From: an uncultured bacterium | GTDB taxonomy: Bacteria > Babelota > Babeliae > Babelales > JACPOV01 | Assembly: GCA_963744715.1 (NCBI GenBank) | Contig: CAVUUR010000006.1 | Span: 177,558 to 241,557 of the forward strand | Reading direction: 5' to 3' | Length of the DNA stretch: 64,000 nt | Part shown: positions 61,135 to 64,000 of the stretch, piece after piece | How positions within the stretch are numbered: position 1 is the first letter of the stretch | Layout of the letters: the number at the start of each line of letters is the position of its first letter | Program-made: the position numbers and the translations under genes | Notes under the pieces: model-generated | The model's database searches: none | Told to the model about the DNA's origin: nothing | What the model saw: the letters and a program-made list of their open reading frames with translations, nothing else

Positions 61135-62329
61135 ATGAAAAAACTAGTTTTATTATTATTGATAACGTTTTGCAAATCGTATGCAAGCGATGGAACTCTC
61201 GACCATTCCTTTGGTGTTAATGGCTTGATGACTTTTCCACAAATTTCTGAAACAGTGGGATTTCCCGGGTTTGGAACCTTTATACAAACCAATGGAGCAA
61301 TTGTTATTGCAGGAACAATGCCAAGTATAGGGCAAGGATTTTTACGCGCGTAGTTCCAAATGGCTCAGCATTGGATACTACGTTTAATAGTTCTGGCGTT
61401 ACTCCTGGTCTTCTTATATTAAATATAGCGGGTGGTAGTGCAATTAATTTTATTACTATACAACGACGGGAAGATAATAGGTGTCGGCACGGCATCGGGG
61501 AATTCATTACTGATACGTTTAGATACTGATCCTCCATAGATACAACATTTAATGGCGGTAATCCTGTTATTCCACCAATCCGGTTGCAGGGCTTGTAGAA
61601 CTTTTTGATGTATACTATAAAACAGGAAAAATTACGGTTGTTTGGAGTACTTTTTACCATTATCGAGACAAATCCTCACGCTCCCATGACTACCACAACA
61701 TGTTAATTGCACTATAATTCAGATGGGACGTTTGATACTACTTTTAATGGATCAGGACAAGCAAACATGAAGTTCTCATCGGTGGCACAGATGCGGTGGT
61801 TACTGTGGGATCAAGTATTGATATTCAAAGTGCATCAAAAATTAATCTGTTTGCGGTTATTTAAATAGCGGCGACTTACCATTTTTTAGCCCGTTACAAT
61901 CCAGATGGTACGCTAGATACTAATTCCAGAATGGATCAGCACAACCTGGAGTCATTGCCAATACAATTACCGATACTACGAGTGGACCATTTGTTATCGT
62001 GCAACCTGATGGAGAAATACTGGTTGGTTTCGCAAATTCCGTGATATCTCTCTCCCAAGTTGCACATTTTCACATCGATCACACCCCGATTAGTTTCAAC
62101 GAGCACCGGAAGGACGACACCATTATCTATTCCTGGAGACTTATTCACTAAAGTAGTACGTCGTTACAAAATGATGGCGAAATTGTAACTATTGGAGGAC
62201 TTTTTCCAATAGGTGTCCCTGCTGCAAATGCCTTTGCACTTGCTCGTTTTTACCGCTAGTGGATTGCTTGATACAGCAACATTTCGGGGCGCCTAATGGT
62301 TATGTACTTACTAGCTTTCCCATCAGCAA
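61135..62329 (+). pseudogene. second delta-60-repeat paralog, indel-ridden and cut by the fold-back
   Basis: MKKLVLLLL..SDGTLDHSFG; the cleaner mirror copy (62787..63449, minus strand) shows QPDGKI and RYNSDGTLDTTF repeats. Confidence 0.75.
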
Positions 62330-62340
62330 CGTTTGCAACT

Positions 62341-64000
62341 TTGCTGATGGAAAGCTCGTAGAGTACATAACCATTAGGCGACCCAAATGTTGCTGTATCA
62401 AGCAATCCACTAGCGGTAAAACGAGCAAGTGCAAAGGCATTTGCAGCAGCAGGGACACCTATTGGAAAAAGTCCTCCAATAGTTACAATTTTGCCATCAT
62501 TTTGTAACAACGTACTACTGTTAGTGAATGAGTCTCCCGGAATAAAAAATGGTGTCGTCTTTCCGGTGCCGTTGAAGTAAGATCGGGGGTGCCATCGATG
62601 TTAAAACGTGCAACTTGGGAGAGATAGCACCAGTTATATTATCTAAATTTGCGAAACCAACCAGTATTTCTCCATCAGGTTGCACGATAACAAATGGTCC
62701 ACTCGTAGTATCGGTAATTGTATCGGCAATAACTCCAGGTTGTGCTGATCCATTCTGGAATGTAGTATCTAGCGTACCATCTGGATTTAACGGGCTAAAA
62801 AGAATGGTAATTCGCCACTATTTAAAATAACATAACCGCCAACGATTAATTTTTGATCAGCTTGAATATCAATACTTGATCCCACAGTAACCACCGCATC
62901 TGTGCCACCGATGAGAACTTCAAGTTCTGCTTGTCCTGATCCATTAAAAGTAGTATCAAGCGTCCCATCTGAATTATAACGTGCAATTAACATGTCTGCG
63001 GTAGTCATGGGCGCGTGAGGATTTGTCTCGATAATCGTAGAAAGCACTCCAACAACCGTAATTTTTCCTGTTTTATCAAGTACTACATCAAAAAGTTCTG
63101 CTAAAAGCCCTGCAACCGGACTTGGTGTAAGAACAGGATTACCGCCATTAAATGTTGTATCAAATGAGCCGTCAGTATTTAAACGTATCAGTAATGAATT
63201 CCCCGATGCCGTGCCGACACCTATTATCTTCCCGTCTGGTTGTATAGTAATAAAATTAATTGCACTACCACCCGCTATATTTAATATAAGAAGACCAGGA
63301 GTAACGCCAGAACTATTAAACGTAGTATCCAATGCTGAGCCATTTGGAACTACGCGCGTAAAAAATCCTTGCCCTATACTTGGCATTGTTCCTGCAATAA
63401 CAATTGCTCCATTGGTTTGTATAAAGGTTCCAAACCCAGGAAATCCCACTGTTTCGAAATTTGTGGAAAAGTCATCAAGCCATTAACACCAAAGGAATGG
63501 TCGAGAGTTCCATCGCTTGCATACGAATTGCAAAACATTATCAATAATAATAAAACTAGTTTTTTCATAGTAAATTCCTGCATAAAATATCTCATTAATA
63601 AAATTGTGTTTAAGCACATACTATGCAATAACAAAAATCTCAATGACTCATAATTCATAAAAATTAGTCATGCTCATTCAAACAAAAACTAAGAAAACAT
63701 GCTGATGCAGTAGGAATATTAACATATCCACGGGATAATGGGCTACTGCCAAAGACCTAACTTCGGCGTGCTTATTGGAGAAATCCGAAATTCATCTGCA
63801 CACCTTCGCCACTGATGTTGTCTTATGATTAGTTCAAACAATTTTTTTTGCGTTAACAGTCCAAAACAATCCCCCAACCCAAAAGTGTTGTAGGAAATAA
63901 TAGATTTTCAACTTGATAGCGCGCTGAAGTTGATCCGTTGCGTTGATTTTTCCACTAAAACCTGTTGCAATAATAAATACGTTTTTGGTAAAGCTCCAAA
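62341..64000 (-). repeat. fold-back reverse-complement copy of ~60690-62329
   Basis: CTAGCTTTCCCATCAGCAA-cgtttgcaact-TTGCTGATGGAAAGCT centre; the intergenic region and the end of the first delta-60 gene are mirrored up to the window end. Confidence 0.92.

Noticed and set aside
62341..64000. Third delta-60 gene on the minus strand or an invertible phase-variation cassette
   Set aside because: It mirrors upstream sequence including intergenic DNA; no recombinase or inversion sites are seen

Overview
AT-rich bacterial chromosome segment. The gene style (many signal-peptide ankyrin and hypothetical proteins, reduced housekeeping operons) suggests an intracellular protist parasite, most likely Candidatus Dependentiae/Babelota (TM6); this assignment is inference. 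Housekeeping genes: murE, ruvX, tsaB, rsmE, gpmI, truA, typA, rpsR/rpsF, rnhB, psd, ftsY, prmC, mutL, mutY, glyA, mntH, nusA, infB, nfo, aspS, dps. There is a sugar-nucleotide cluster (wecB-wecC-oxidoreductase-GT2-manC) and many putative exported effectors. Main observations: (1) a probable replication origin at ~48.6-48.9 kb with eight perfect DnaA boxes, seven of them in two opposed 11-bp-phased arrays, at a strand-skew switch and with no dnaA nearby; (2) a family of exported ankyrin proteins built from shuffled modules with a shared C-terminal tail and duplicated promoter/terminator units; (3) a recurrent signal peptide followed by Met-Glu/Asp in unrelated exported proteins; (4) a eukaryote-like PPP phosphatase at the left edge; (5) a LexA-like regulator with a degenerate protease site. 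Scattered single-base frameshifts and a fold-back inversion centred at ~62,335 point to low-coverage long-read sequence errors. No rRNA, tRNA, CRISPR or transposase was seen.
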